A DNA stretch of 64,000 nt from Sphyrna mokarran (GCA_024679065.1 JAGIQG010000011.1:38688001-38752000), one strand, 5' to 3'. Shown: positions 38,306 through 52,130, numbered from the stretch's first letter. A program made the numbers and translations. The notes: generated by a model not told the origin, from the letters alone.

Positions 38306-40687
38306 AACCATAGTGACATCAGTGGAGTTGGGAGTTCAAACTTATAAGCACTGCCCAGAAGGTCATTCAGCGGCATGCAACACAAGTCCTAAGCCAGCAG
38401 TAACACACAACCTGAAGACTCATATATCCACGTGAGCTCCCCCAGACCTACCCATGCAAGCCCCCCACTGTGGCAGTTGCTAAGACCTCCCTACCACTGC
38501 ACACCGAAGTTTGGTGCTTGGTGATACTCAGTACCTCATTCTCCTTCAATGTGCTTGACCGAGGCTTGTATCAAGCAGTAGTGGTTCATGCTGGTGTGAT
38601 GTCATGTTGGAGTGTTGGGAAACATTCGGGGGACAAGGGGGGTGGGGATGGGTAACAATAACATGCCGAACTTGCTAATGATATTGAAATCTATTCAAAT
38701 TCATGCTAATAGACTTCATGCGCAAATACTGTTTGCACTGTAAAAAAAGGGATGGAAAGATGGCAAATCGTTTGGCACTGGGTACTAATCTGATTTTTAG
38801 CTTCTCGTGCTATCTTCCCAGCTTGCCATTTTGATCGATTGGCATGGGCAGTTGGTTAGATCGCGCTGTTAGTTTTTCTTTGAGAAAATTCTGTCTCCTA
38901 TTTTTGTACCCAATGATGTATTGAATCTTGTCCTCTTGCTGTTTAACATTTGAATGCTGTCGTTTAACTTGCTAATAGGCTTTGGCTGTGGGTAATTGGA
39001 TTTTATAAGTTAAATTAAACTATCCTGTAAAAAGTTAAATTAATTAAGAACTCTGGGATCTGCAGTGGAAAATTTTAGGTTGCATTCTCTGCTGTGCTCA
39101 GCAGGAAAATATACAAGCGAGTGAGAACTGCAAACTTTGATTTTCATTTTGCTCCGTAGCACTTTATATTCAATTGCAGTTTGTGTGGGATGGCTCCAGT
39201 CAGCATTTACATATTTCTGACAACATAGGTTGCATTGGTAACAAATTTGCAGAGAATCACTAAAATTAGTTGGAAGCTATCATTAAATTCTGACATTCCA
39301 GATAGTCCAAATGAAAATTGCAAGCTGCAATGCAGAACAAAAATATGAATAAATATAGTGTTAGTTTGTTAAAACCCGTTAATTACAGAACATTACTGGT
39401 TATCATTTGAGTTTCTGAAGCATAACTAACTTGAGAGAATTATGTTTCATGTTATTGCATAGCAGCTAAACAGTAATCAGTATAAATAACGAATAATATT
39501 TTAACTCATGAGCCACAGTGCTTTTCTAATTCAATGATGACTAAAACTCAGCTGCTTAGCTAACCCTTTAATTAGTTGTTCTGTCCTACAGTGATTTACT
39601 GCTTTGCTGCCATGCATTAAAATGATGTATGAGTTGATGAGTTTAGGATCTGGAATGGGTTCATATCTGAAGTTGCTTAATGGTGTTTTTATTGCAGAAT
39701 TATTTTATGGGACAGAACTATTCCATTAACTGGAACATGAAATACATTTACAGTAAAGGCGTTATATAAATGCAAGTTAATGTTTCATTAAGGTGTTGAT
39801 TTTAATTTATTAAGATAAGGACTGAAGGTATGTGGAGCTATTTTTTTGTAACCAGAATAATTTCTCTCAACATTTGCTCAGTCCTAATTAAAGTTTGCAA
39901 TATAATGTTTAAATATCATCCAGAATGCAAATTAAAATGTTTTAACAAAATTCCCTTTACAATTTTGTATTTGGAAGAAATTGGAGTGTTGGAAATTTGA
40001 AAATTGGCTCAGTTTCAAAAATTCACAGACCTCTGTAATGTATGAAATTTTTCTTGCAATCTGAAAGATGCTTCGGGCAGCAATCCAGAAGAAACTGGGG
40101 TACATAACAGAAATAAATTGGCTCTACACCTTATCCCTGTGGAGTTTAACAAATGACTGCAGTGGCAAGGACGATGCGGTTTGCGAAGGTCAGCTGGTGC
40201 CTATCAATAATTAGCACCAAGGGCAGATTTGAAGGAAGGGAAAAGTGAAACATTTGAGTTTGGCAATTCATCATTCTTCAGAGCTGCAGTACATTTTTAG
40301 CAATTGAATATCATGCCTGAAAGAAATTGATTTTTTCATATCAAGTTAAAGACCAGGTGGTCCCTGAATTCATTATTTGGTTGGGGCTTACAATTACAAG
40401 TTGACCCCAACATTCCTGGCCTTGGGGGGGGGGTGGGTAAATGATGTCCATGACTTCTACTCTTGCTAACCAGTTGCTTCTGTTGGGGAGTGGTGGCATG
40501 TGGATGTTGGATTTGTGATCTGTTCTTATGTATCTGCCTACTCACAGTCGAGTTGTCATAGAATTGACAATGGTAGACTTCACTGATTCAAGACCAATAA
40601 GCTTGCTGACAGCACAATTAAGAAACTTTTGGTGAGCTGCTAGTCATATTTCTGTTTGCACCAGAATCAACTCCTTGGGGATGGGAC

Positions 40688-40980
40688 TTGATTTATTATA
40701 GTCATATATTGGTGTACAGTGAAAAGTATTGTTTCTTGCATGCTATACAGATAAAGCATACTGATCATAGAAAAGGAAAAGAGAAAGTGCAGAATGTAAT
40801 GTTACAGTCATAATAAGGGTGTAGAGAAAGGTCAACTTAATGCGAGGTAGGCCCATTCAAAAGCCTGATGTAGCAGGGAAGAAGCTGTTCTTGAGTCATT
40901 CGGTACATGTCCTCAGACTTTTGTATATTTTTCCCAGTGGAAGAAGGTGGAAGAGAGTATATCAAGGGTGTGTGGGGATG
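40688..40980 (-). mobile_element. Rex1/Babar-like LINE 3' fragment
   Basis: Minus strand encodes L.LLPLGKIYKSLRTCTE.LKNSFFPATSGF. The 3' UTR matches the copy at 46470-46970. Confidence 0.75.
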
Positions 40981-41802
40981 CTCGAGGTCCTGGAGCTTGC
41001 AGCAAATGAAGAGAAGGTCCATGTACTTGGATGAATTTTTACCTTGCAAACTTTGCAGCTTTAAAATCAATCTTTCCTTTATTCCTTTAAAGGGATGTTC
41101 CCTTTACAATGAGTGCCTGCTTTTCAAGTTGAAGCAACATAGGTATTGGGAACACTGACCTTTGATAATTACAGGAAAATGTCAGTGTCCAACAGTTTTA
41201 TGCAGCTGCTTATATAGATCTATCTAGTGGACATTATCACTTCCAGCATAGGGATGACAATTGGCAGAACTCTGCTCTCATCAGCCCCAGGTCAGCTTGG
41301 TATTGAATGGAAAACCCACAAAATGGCAGGACTTCACTGTCTAGGATTCCATCATTTGCAGCACTTTCTTCCATCAGTCCCCATCTTCTGGAGAAATTCA
41401 GCATTAAAAATATTGTTGAACACAAAACAAGCTAATTGTATCTGGAGTTGAGCAATGACAAATTGCAGTTTTGAAACATTTTCTATCAAGATGTAATTTA
41501 AAAGCTGGAGTTTTAGATTATGTTTGGTTGTGCTGCATTTACTGAGCATTATTTAAATTGAAACACGTTTCAATGCTTCATTCTCCATCTGAACAATAAA
41601 ACAAACTGCTAGGGAAATGTTTGTTTGTGGATTATAAAAACACTAGAATTTCCTGGTCACTTTTTTTTAGAGTGATGTTCATGTGAACTTTGTATTTAAT
41701 ATTTTATATTAATTGTTACCTTAATGAATGCACAATTACAACCTTCAGTTGCAGTGCATAAAAATGTTGACTGTTTTCTTCGTTCAGCATTTCTGCCCAA
41801 TT

Positions 41803-42080
41803 AGAATCCTACAGTGTAGAAAGAGGCCATTTGGCCCATCAAGCCTACACCCACAAATTCCTACCCAGGCTCTATCCCTATAACCCACATAGTGAGCCTG
41901 CTAATCTCCAAGAGTAAGGGCAATTTAGCATGGCCAATCAATGTAAGCTACACATCTGTGGACTGTGGGAGGAAACTGAAGCGCCTGGAAGAAACCCACA
42001 CAGGTACAGGGAGAATGTGCAAATTCCACACACAGGCTGTAATTGAACCTGGGTGAAACCGCTGTGCCACCACGCTGCCC
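41803..42080 (-). mobile_element. HE1-like V-SINE
   Basis: tagaatcctacagtgtagaaagaggccatttggcccatcaagcc...gggagaatgtgcaaattccacac...gctgtgccaccacgctgccc. Confidence 0.9.
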
Positions 42081-42559
42081 ACAATTAAAACTGTTTAATT
42101 TTATATTGTTTTCAGTTGAGCCTATATCTTCATTGCTATTAAACTCCTTAACTTGGCACTATAAGATCTTACAGTTGGCATGTTAACTGTAGGTGGCTTA
42201 GGTAAAAGTGATTGCATTTCAAAAGTAATCCATTCCTTTATTGCTGAATAACATCACCAACTCTGGGGCACTACACAGCAGTGTTACGTGGATTGGAGAG
42301 GTGGTCTTTGATAGAGAACATATCGAATCTAAACCACTAGCTGGAGGTCAAATGTGATGTCGGTTTCATGAAGTAACTCCTCAACCTGAGGTGATGGACA
42401 AGGCAGTGGCTGCAAGAAGTGGCAAAGGTCAAAATTCTTGTCAGGGCTGAAATCAGCGATTTTGAGTCTTTCAATGTCAACATGCTGTCCAATTTACCTC
42501 CAGTTTTTTACCCGCTCTCAATTGGGACATCACCATTCCACTCTCAAATGATTTGCAGC

Positions 42560-43120
42560 TACAGAAAGCATTCATCCATAAATGCTAACTATGGTGTTGC
42601 TACTACCAGACTTTTCTCAAATAGCCAATTCAACATTTTTAATTCCACCTCTGCTTTAATGTCACCTTGCTTGTCTGAACTGATGAACAAAAAAAATTAT
42701 TTCACATAATATTGGGAAGACTGAAGCCATTGTCTTTAGCTTCTATCGTAAACCACATTCCTCAGCCACCAATTCTATTCCCCTCTCTGATCACTGTGTG
42801 AGGGGCTGAACAGAACTATTCACAATCACGACAGCCTAGTGATTCTTGAGCTAAGCTTCTGACTCCACATCCACTCAAACACTAAAGGCCACCTACTACC
42901 ACCACTGTCAATGATTCGTCTCCATTTCTGCCTCATTGCATCTGCAGCTGAAATCCTTTTCTTGCACTTGCTAGTTCTAGACTTGATTATTCAAATATTC
43001 TCATGGTCAACTTCACATCCTCCACCCTCAGTGTAAATTTGAGCACATCCAAAACTGATGCCTGTGTCCTAATCAGATCCCATTGACCCATCATCTTGTA
43101 TACATTGGTGTCCAGTGTCC
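42560..43120 (+). mobile_element. L2 LINE ORF2 fragment, degraded
   Basis: NIGKTEAIVF, SAAEIL..LASSRLDYSNILM, LEHIQN motifs typical of L2 downstream of the RT domain. Confidence 0.75.
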
Positions 43121-45097
43121 TTGAAGGCTTACAGCTCAAAGTAAAGGAGCACGTGATTTAATTTTATTTGAACTATAAATTAACATTTATAGCTTTTTAA
43201 AATAATAATGTGAATTGCAACAAGTTTGATTTCTGCTATCAATTTGAAGACATTGACTCTACTTGTGGAGGTTAAAATCCAGCCTGATATCAACCATGCA
43301 ATTCTTCCTGTTCTTTTTTTATGAATTTAAAATCCTGGAGTAAAGGATGCATGAAGTATTCATAAGTTTGTGCTACATTATAAAGTTAATAGAATGTGAA
43401 AAGCTTACATAACTTGACAGACAACCATCATCATTTATCTTGATCTAGTTGATTTGTGCTACAATTATAGCACATAGATCAGTATAAAATGACAGGCATT
43501 GTAAATATCATCCGACCACTCATTCATCTCTGAAGGATTATCAACTTGAAAGATAATGATGAAGTTTAATCCAAGTCCAATTTGCTGGAGCAAAAACGCA
43601 ACTTCAGATCTTAAGTAGATCTTAAGTATCTACAGGCTGGATTGCAGCCTATGTTTTATCCTTTGCCTTTAACTTTTATATGGTTGGTTTCATATCAAAA
43701 CTTCATATTGGACCAGAATATGAACTATGATTAATATTTAATGATGCTTGAATATATTTTATAATCTTCAAAACAGACATATGGACATTCTGGATTTTTG
43801 ACAGAACTCTGTGCAGCAGATTAATAACAGTCTGAGAGGATTTAAATGTTAAGTGATCGTTTCTGAGGAATGAAATTGGAAGTTGATTAATCCTGCTGGT
43901 TTCTTTGAAATTGTGTATGTAGTGTAAAATGATAACAATGAAATATGGAAACAACATTAATAAATGTGACAATTTTATTGTGCTATTGTACTAACTAAAG
44001 GAATGGAAGTGTTCACATAAGCTTTATATTCCATGCAATTCTGTGTAATATAAAGGTTTTTTTTTTGCTGGGACGGGTGGAATGCCTGATAGATACAGCT
44101 ATTTGCTTTAGAAGCGATAAACGGTAGGTGCAATATACTTTACAGATGGGCAGTAAGCTGTGACTGGGAGTAAAGGAACTTAAAATAAATAAAAGAAATT
44201 GTCTATATGCCCATTCTTTAGTTGGTGCCTCAGTCTTCAAATCTGCCCTCTTGCATCTATTATTCATTCACAATTTCAAGATCTTTAAGCTGTAGCTCCA
44301 AAAAAGCTCTTCTACACTAGAACCCGTTTAAGCTGCAGGACACTTCTTTTTGCTACAATGGCTGCTGTATGTGTTTTTCCAATTTTTCAAAGGTAAATGA
44401 TTGCAGACTCTCTGGGGAAAATCAGTGTTGGATGAGGAAAGTTGTTTAAAAATCAAATTTAAAGGGACAGGAACAATTAAAAAGGAGTATCATAATAGAC
44501 TAATAATGTTCTTAAAAGCACTTGAAAACCCTGCAAGATATTTGAGTGTTCACACAACTTTGCCAAGGCTGTAGGTGCTTGGGATTGAGAAGGCAGTCAA
44601 TAATTAAGAGGAAGGAAACCCAAGGTGTAGCTGAATCATTAGCAGATGGCTCAGCAGCACTGCACATTATTCCTTCCTGTTTGGCTGCTAAATGGAAATG
44701 ATGTTCCATGGAGTGGTTGGAAGGAGAAATGTTCAATGCGCCAATTGTCCTGATCATATTGAATCTTAATAAATATATGAAAACAAAATGTTGCAGATGG
44801 TGGAGATCTGCCATAAAAATAAAATTCTGGAAAACCTCAGTAGACCTTGCATCATCTGTGGAGAGAGAGAGAAACAGAATTAACATTGAGTCTGATGAGG
44901 CTTCTTTGGAATTGAAAAGAGGAAGGAGGGGATGGATTTCGTGTTGTTGAAAATGACTGGACAGGAAGTAGAACAAAGAAAAGGTTAAGTTAAGGTAGAG
45001 GTAGAGGAGGATTTAAATAACAAAGATTTAATGGAGAAGAAGGCCAAAAAAGTAATCATGATGCCATTAAAGTCTCAAAGCATTGGTTGTCTCTTTC

Positions 45098-45335
45098 CAG
45101 TGCAGAAGGAGGCCATTGGCCCATCGAGTCTGCATTGACTGTTTGACAGAGTATCTCTCCGCTGATTATCCCCATAGCCCCACACATTCTTTCTGATTGT
45201 ATCACAGTTTGGTATGGCTCTTACTCTGCCCAACACTGCAAGAAGCTACAAAGGATCATGAACGAAACCCAGTCCATCAACTTACATATCTTTGGACAGC
45301 AGGGGGCAATTTTAGCATGGCCAATCCACCTAATA
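45098..45335 (-). mobile_element. HE1-like SINE 3' part containing a short + strand Rex1-like insert (~45200-45280)
   Basis: cagtgcagaaggaggccattggcccatcgagtctgca...ggggcaattttagcatggccaatccaccta. The internal tcacagtttggtatggctcttactctgcccaacactgcaagaagctac is the reverse complement of 46838-46885. Confidence 0.75.
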
Positions 45336-46469
45336 GTTGTTAATAACAGAGTAAAGCATTGTCTGAAAGCAAAGTAGAATGGGTGAAAAGCAGAATGAAG
45401 GTAGGTGCTTTCTGAGAGCCAAACACGAGAATAACACACAGACACTTGGGGGTGGGGGGGATGAAATTAAAACACATATGTAAATATATGATGGATGCAA
45501 GGAACAGAATATTGGAAAATGTTAATGACATCCTCCATGATTCCAGGATAACTCAAAAACTTCATAATCAAACAAGTATATTTTAAAATGGCTTCTCCAT
45601 TATAACATGGGGAAACGTGGCAGCTAGTTTACACAAAATAAAGTTGCACCAGAAGCAACGAGATAAAGAATTAAGGAGAGAACAGAAACTGAAAGCAAAA
45701 AAGCAGCTCAAAGATAACAGGCAAGAGACCATATTCCTTAATGTGCATAGTATAATATGACTCCACAAATGTTCTAGTAAATTTTGCCATGTGTGTAATT
45801 TATGACTTTCAGCCTCATTTTATTGTAGTGGAATTGTTAAAAGATCAAATGAGCTTTGAGACTAAAAGGATTTAATTTAATTAATAAAGAAAATGATCAA
45901 AAGAACAAATTAAAGTTCATTTCATGAGCAATTTAGCTCTATCTTTCTGCATAATGTGACCATTGCCATTTGACTGTTGTGCCTGGTTAGATTATTGGCA
46001 TTTATTGCAATTTATGGTTCCATCTTAATTATTATCTGCTAAGTTAAATTTTAGACAAAGCATCCATCAGTCATTATTTCTGGAGTGACTACTCTTCCCC
46101 ATTCATGTTTCAGTGGTCAATGTGCAGTTAAGTTGTTATGGCTCTAGTGCATTTATCAGAGGCATTGTAACATTGGAAAAATATCTGTTAAAAATGAAGG
46201 AATTATTGGTTGCAACACTTGTTGTTATCTTTCGTAAGCAGGATTAAAACTAACATATTACATTTTTGAAAAAGATTAAGGCTGATCTCAACTATTGTTA
46301 AGCCTGATAACTTTAAAATATTGATTTTTCATCTGATCTAGAAATATGAGTTTTAAGCAAAAATTAAAACCTTGATCACAATATCCAGAATGTAACTTCT
46401 CTTTTAAAGGGGGAAAAAAATCAAATCACATTCAAAATCTGTTTTTCCATTAAATTTGAAATGTTAGAT

Positions 46470-46970
46470 TTGATTTATTATTATCACGTATTAATGTACT
46501 GTGAAAAGTATTGTTTCTTGTGTGCTACACAGTCAAAGCATACCATTCATAGAGAAGGAAAGGAAAAAATTCAGAATGTAGTGTTACAGTCATATCTAGG
46601 ATGCAGAGAAAGATCAACCTAATATGAGATAGGTCCATTCAAAAGAAGTTGTCCTTGAGTCAGTTGGTGCATTGGCCTCAGACTTTTGTATTTTTTTCCA
46701 ATGGAACAAGGTGGAAGAAAAGTGCGTTGGGTCCTTGATTATGCTGGCCGTTTATCTGAGGTAGTGAGAAGTGTAGACAGAGTCAATGGATGGGAAGCTG
46801 GTTTGCGTAATGGATGTGTTTTGTTCATGACCCTTCGTAGCTTCTTACAGTGTTGGGCAGAGTAAGAGCCATACCAAGCTGTGATACAATCAAAGAATTC
46901 TTTCTATGGTGCATCTGTAAAAGTTGGTGAGAGTTGTAGTGGACATGCCAAATTTCCTTTTGCCTCCTGA
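46470..46970 (-). mobile_element. Rex1/Babar-like LINE 3' fragment
   Basis: Minus strand reads KFGMSTTTLTNFYRCTIERIL..ITAWYGSYSAQHCKKLRRVMN. 3' UTR shared with the 40688 copy. Confidence 0.85.
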
Positions 46971-47784
46971 AAGTTTGATAATTAAACTGTAATGTTAAGC
47001 TACCATCTATCGACTAGCTTTCAGTCCAAGTACACAGAGCTGACATGGTGTCAGTGGGCCAAATGACCTCTTCTTGTTCTGTAACCATTCCATAATTCTA
47101 TCACTACAGTAAGCAGAGAAGGTGATTGTAAATATTGAAATTGTGCGCACAAATATTTAGATATAGCACATTTAAAAAGATCTTTCCAGTCTAGTTGAAT
47201 TTTGAGGAATTATGTTTTTCTTTCTAAAATTATATGGTTTGTTTGAAATCAGATATTAATGTTTGTAATTAGTATTTTGTTGGAAGAACACTGACAGGAT
47301 GACCTTTATTTTAGCAGACTCAACTTGTTCTGGATAACAGATGGAAGCTGTTTGATTCTCTTATTGTCCTGGGGAGAAAGGACAAAATTAAGTGTTGCAA
47401 GGAACTGTCATTGTCCTCTGTGTCTCTGCAGAACTCATACTTCAAATGCATCATTCCATTCAGTGTGTTCAGCCAGGTTGTCAAGTCCTCTTTGCATCAG
47501 GGTGATTATTGCACATTTACAATGTCAAGAAAGGCACGCTCAGAATCAGTTTTCTCAATGACAAATCGTGTCTTTTTGGTCACAAGTTCACGCAATGTTG
47601 TTGCGTCTGATTTTCTCATTTTGAAATTGTTATAAACACACTGGTATCTTTTTCTTAAAAGTTGGCAGTAGACTTTATTCCTCACTTTGACCGACAACTT
47701 GCATTCAGCACCTTTTACTTAGACCCAAGGTGTGTTACAGCTGGCAGAAAATATAAGACGAATAGTGAAAGCTGGGGCTCAATG

Positions 47785-48015
47785 ATAGAATACTGACTCT
47801 GAGTGTTTGTAGCTTCAAATCCCACTCAAGAATATATAATACAGGATGGCTGTCATTTTAAACCAACACTCCCCGCCTTCTCACTCTGATGGATGTAAAA
47901 GATTCCATTACACTTTTTTGAGGAAGAACAGGTTAAAATAATTATCAGGCCATTTGCAAAGACCGCTTGTAGGACCTTGCTGTGGGCACATTTGCTGCTG
48001 CAGTTGCTCCCTTAA
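47785..48015 (+). mobile_element. Deu-domain SINE, degraded
   Basis: ttcaaatcccactc..ggatgtaaaagattccattacactttttgaggaagaacagg..ggaccttgctgtgggcacatttgctgctg is antiparallel to the 2283-2615 copy. Confidence 0.55.
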
Positions 48016-48934
48016 TTCAGATATTGAAAAATAATGAACATGTGAAGGGGGAGATCTAAAAACTGTCTTTGGAAGTTAATGTGAAACAGGCATATTAAGT
48101 TGAAAGGTGACAATTCGTTGTTCAAATTTAGAAGTTAAAATAACACCATTAATGTTGGGCTTCTTTTTACTCTACGAAGTTTATTTTGTCTTTTTAACAA
48201 TGAACCTATTTAAGCAGTACAAAGGGAAAATACTATGGATATCGGAAATCCTAAATAAAGACGAAAATGCTGAAAATATTCAGGAGGTCTGGCAGCATCT
48301 GAGGAGAGAGAAACGGTTAACATTTCAAGACAATATCCTCACCAGAAATGAAAGAATATTATTTTATCAGAATAGTTAAATGGTAAACTAGAGCTATCAG
48401 GGATAATTTGTTTGTGTGTACTGTGTCACAGACTAGTAAACTTCCTTGCGTTCCTGAAGTTCAAAACTCCATGAAGTTGAACAATTAAAACATAATTCAC
48501 AATTTAAGGCTTGATGTCCCAACATCAGGGACCATTGAATCATTTAACCTGTCCATTGCATCGTGTTTAATTGTTTCATGCAGCTGGACTGCCAAACGAT
48601 TAAAACATTAAGCATTAAAATCACTCAATAAAAAATACTCAAATATTATTTTCAATTTACACATGAAGGGTGGAATTTTGCTTAATAATTTCTTGACACA
48701 ATCTTACGACCTTGTCCTACCCGTTGTTTGACAAGGCTTTTAGTAAAGATTGCAAGCGAGGTGATATTTCATTTTCACCCAGTACCCATCTCATCAACCA
48801 CTTTATCCAGATGTGAACAACTTTGCTCCCAAAATGTGCAAAATATCAATTTGCGTGTATTTCAATATGATTAGTGAGTGCAGTATGCAATTGTTCTCTC
48901 TCACTTACGTTAACTATCTTGTTTTTTTTTATTA

Positions 48935-49188
48935 AGCAACACAGCACGGGAAACAGGCCCTTCGGCCCAACGAGCCCGCGCCGCCGTCATACCAAATACA
49001 TTATCCTATTTTAATATTCCTATATAATATATATATTATTCCTAATATGGAAAATTTTCACCATAGGGACAATTTGTTACCCAATCAGCCTAAGAGCGAA
49101 TTTTTGGGTTGTGGGAGGAACCGGAGTGCCCGGAGAAACCCCACGCAACCACGGGGAGAACGCGCAAACTCCCGCAGACACCGGCCCA
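48935..49188 (-). mobile_element. CpG-rich, 5'-truncated V-SINE-type insertion
   Basis: acagcacgggaaacaggcccttcggcccaacgagcccgcgccg (CR1-like tail, reverse) and gtgggaggaaccggagtgcccggagaaaccccacgcaaccacggggagaacgcgcaaactcc (V-core, reverse). Confidence 0.85.
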
Positions 49189-50194
49189 ATTCCAAGTGTC
49201 TGCACAGCCACATCGATAGTCTCTGAGCTGTCATGGTGCCCTTCAGATGGTCCACATAAAGCACTCATTTACGACATGAGGTACCAGGCAACCCATGAAT
49301 CAACATCCAAGAGCTGTACCCGCACCACCTGCCGAATGCGTGCTCAAATTATGGATCGAATTACCCACGCCATCGAAATGACTGGAGTCTAAATGTTGTT
49401 GGTCAGAGGTCACACCTCTATTGAGTTACAGTTGCTCTGTGTAACTGAGTTTCAGGCACATCAGTGACAAAAGTGAGCGAGGAGGTGAGTTTCATTGAGC
49501 AATAACCTCCGGGGGGGGGGGGGGGGGGGGGGATGTCTCGGCCAAGGCCATGGTGCAGTATCCTGGGAAAGCTTGTGTCGGTCTGGGGTTGCAATAGTTG
49601 AGGGTCGGCCGCTGGCTTGGGGCTCATATTGGGTGCATTCTCCCTGTCCACTAACGATCCCTGAGGGGTTGCATTATGAGATCAACTGCCCTGCCCCCCC
49701 CACCCCCCCAACCCAACCCCTCTGACATTGCCATGGTTACTGTACAATCTGGCTGCTCGCTCTCTAGCTGACTGGTGACATTCCAGCCCAGAGTCCACTA
49801 ACAGAACAAAGCAGAGGCTGCTCCAATTAAGGAAGTTCTACAGATATTAACACAACTCCTCACGCTGCATATACTCTGCATTGCTGCCTTTTTTGTGCTG
49901 GCCATAAGGATGCTTCTCTACTGTCTGTCAACTGCAAACCATTCCTGGAAGCCATTGCAGCAGTCACCCAGGTGGGTGCAACGCTTCGAAGGTTCCCAAC
50001 TGGGATGCCTATACAACTTCCTGTATGCTCTCTCTGTCTGTCCATGGCGAGGGTGAGTGACTGTTGCCAATCTGTCGAGGTGGAGCATGGCACGTGGATG
50101 GTGTTGGGTTACCACTTTCATTAGGACATGGGGTTGCTGGGAGGGAGTATGGAGCCTGGGGATGCTGGAGGCCGGATACTCCCTTGAGCGCTTC

Positions 50195-50540
50195 CCCTCG
50201 CTCACACCCTCGCATTCCCAACCCCTCTCTCGCACGCCCGCGCTTGCTCCCTCTCATTCTTTCACGTGTGCTCTCTCTCACTCTCGTGCTTGCTCTCCCT
50301 CTTTTGCACACTCTCTCTTGCGCACTCTATCTTGTGTTTTCTCTCACTCTCACGTGCTCGCGCTCTCTCTCTCTCTCTCTCCCTCATGCTCTCTGTCTTT
50401 TTCTCATGTTCTGTTTCTGGGGTGCACTCGCTCCCTCGCGTGCACTCTTACTCACTCACTCACGTGCTCTCACTAGCTCTCTCGTGCGCTCTCATGCTCT
50501 TCCTCATGTGCACGTGCTCTCGTGCTCTTTCTCATGTACA
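50195..50540. repeat. Degenerate (CT)n/(CA)n low-complexity tract
   Basis: ctctctctca/ctcacgtgct variants repeated. This explains the overlapping Ser/Leu-rich ORFs here. Confidence 0.9.
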
Positions 50541-51499
50541 TGCTGTGATTGACCCCACATCGTGGGGAGGAAGAATCCAGGTTTTTAGACAATGGGCATT
50601 AAGACATGACAGAATTATTAGCAAAGAGTTAAATGACTCATAAAAGAAGATTAGAAACTTTCAAGCGAATAGGTTACACACAAGTGAATGCAATCAGTGA
50701 ATTAAACAAGTAATTATGATTTAAAACATATTTGCTGATATTGTAAATGTATTTTAAATATTGATGATTATTGTTCACTTCAGCCACAAGGCGTGATGGT
50801 CAAGGTGAATAGCTCAGAACCAAAACGCTGGAAATCCTATAGTTAGCAAAATTCATATCAGAAAGTTTCACTTGTGGGAACACAAATTGCAACTTTATAA
50901 GTAGGTATATTCATTGTCCAGACTCAGGATTGAAATGTGCCCGGATGTGAGATCACATGTCTATTCAGTTTGGCAATGATCTGATGGGACCATTCACTTT
51001 GTCCTCTATTGTCAGTGTTGAGGATAAACTGGCAACGGGAAAGTGACTTTACCCAAAGTGGAAGATAGCATCTGGATTTCATGGGCAAATGAGATATCAT
51101 GAGGCTGGATGGTAAAATTCAATTGGCTGAAGTCCATGACAGATTATTAATGATATGTATATATTAGAAATGATTGATTTTAAGCTAATGTAAGGCAGGA
51201 TTGATTGGTAAGAAGCACTGGCTTTGTGAGTCTTGTACTGTATTTGAGTTTGACAGTACTGGTCACCTTGGGTATCCCAACAATCCCCCCCCCCCCCCCC
51301 CCCCCCCCCCCCCACAGCAAAGATGGATTTCGGCATGGAGTCAATAGACCTGATGGTTATTTTTGTGGCTGCTATTGTGAGGGAGGAGGAGGGAGCTGTC
51401 CACCCACTGCAAGGCCAGCCTGGGCCAGAGGCTGCAACAGGAGGATGAGGGTTCCGGGTCATGGGCAGGAGGTGGATGCCCATTGGCCTGAGGAGGGGG

Positions 51500-52130
51500 C
51501 CAGAACACAGAGGAGATGGAGACCCTGGCAGTTCAGGACACGCATGTCCTTTGAACAGCTGATGGATGCCGTGTGTTGTCATTGTCTCCTGGCTGAGCTG
51601 GAGCCCATGTTGCACCTGTGTCAATGCCTCATGGACTTGGCACCTCAAGGGACAGGGGGATACTCGCTCCCGGTGGTGGTGAAGGCTACAGCAACCCTAA
51701 ATATTTGCACAACTCGGCCCTTCTGGATCATTTGCGGGAATGTCCTTGGGATCTCCTAGCCTTCAGTCCACAAATGTGTCCGTGAAGTGATGTATGTCCT
51801 GTATGCCTGGGCAGGCCAGTATATCAATTTCAACAAGGGCCAGGCCCAACAGGAAGCCCAGGTTGTCGGCATTTTCATCATTGCTGGCATGCTGAACATG
51901 CAGGGGGTTAGCGACTGCAGACGTGTTACCCAGTGGTGCTGAAAAGCACTGCGCTTCATAAACAGAAAGGGATTCTTCTCCCTGAACATGCAGATCAGGC
52001 AGCATACTTGATAGTTTCATCCTCTAGAGCTCTGACATATCCAGCTCATGGGGGCCATCCATTGAGTACTTGGCTAATGATTCCAGTGAGGAAGCCTGAG
52101 AACAATGCAGAGTGCCGTTATGATGTGGAT
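51500..52130 (+). pseudogene. Harbinger (HARBI1-like) transposase relic
   Basis: FRTRMSFEQL..LCQCLMDLAPQGTGGYSLPVVVKATATLN..GNVLGIS*PSVHKCVREV..GQYINF..AGMLNMQGVSDC..FINRKGFFSLNMQI..PLSTWLMIPVRKPENNAECRY. Confidence 0.9.

Larger units (their letters stand above)
33030..38867. mobile_element. PIF/Harbinger relic C, ~5.8 kb, with ~110-bp imperfect TIRs
   Basis: Left gggtatgattttacc...gctaaaaatccagttggcacctggtgccaaacagtttgctatattcc aligns with the reverse complement of the right end (gctaaaaatcagattagtacccagtgccaaacgatttgccatctttcc). Myb gene on +, transposase on -, convergent. Confidence 0.85.

Noticed and set aside
49900-50060. Myb-like relic within relic D
   Set aside because: Only a faint EAIAAV..RR resemblance, too weak to call.
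50009-50643. Several overlapping 100-160 aa ORFs
   Set aside because: Artefact of the stop-poor CT/CA low-complexity tract.
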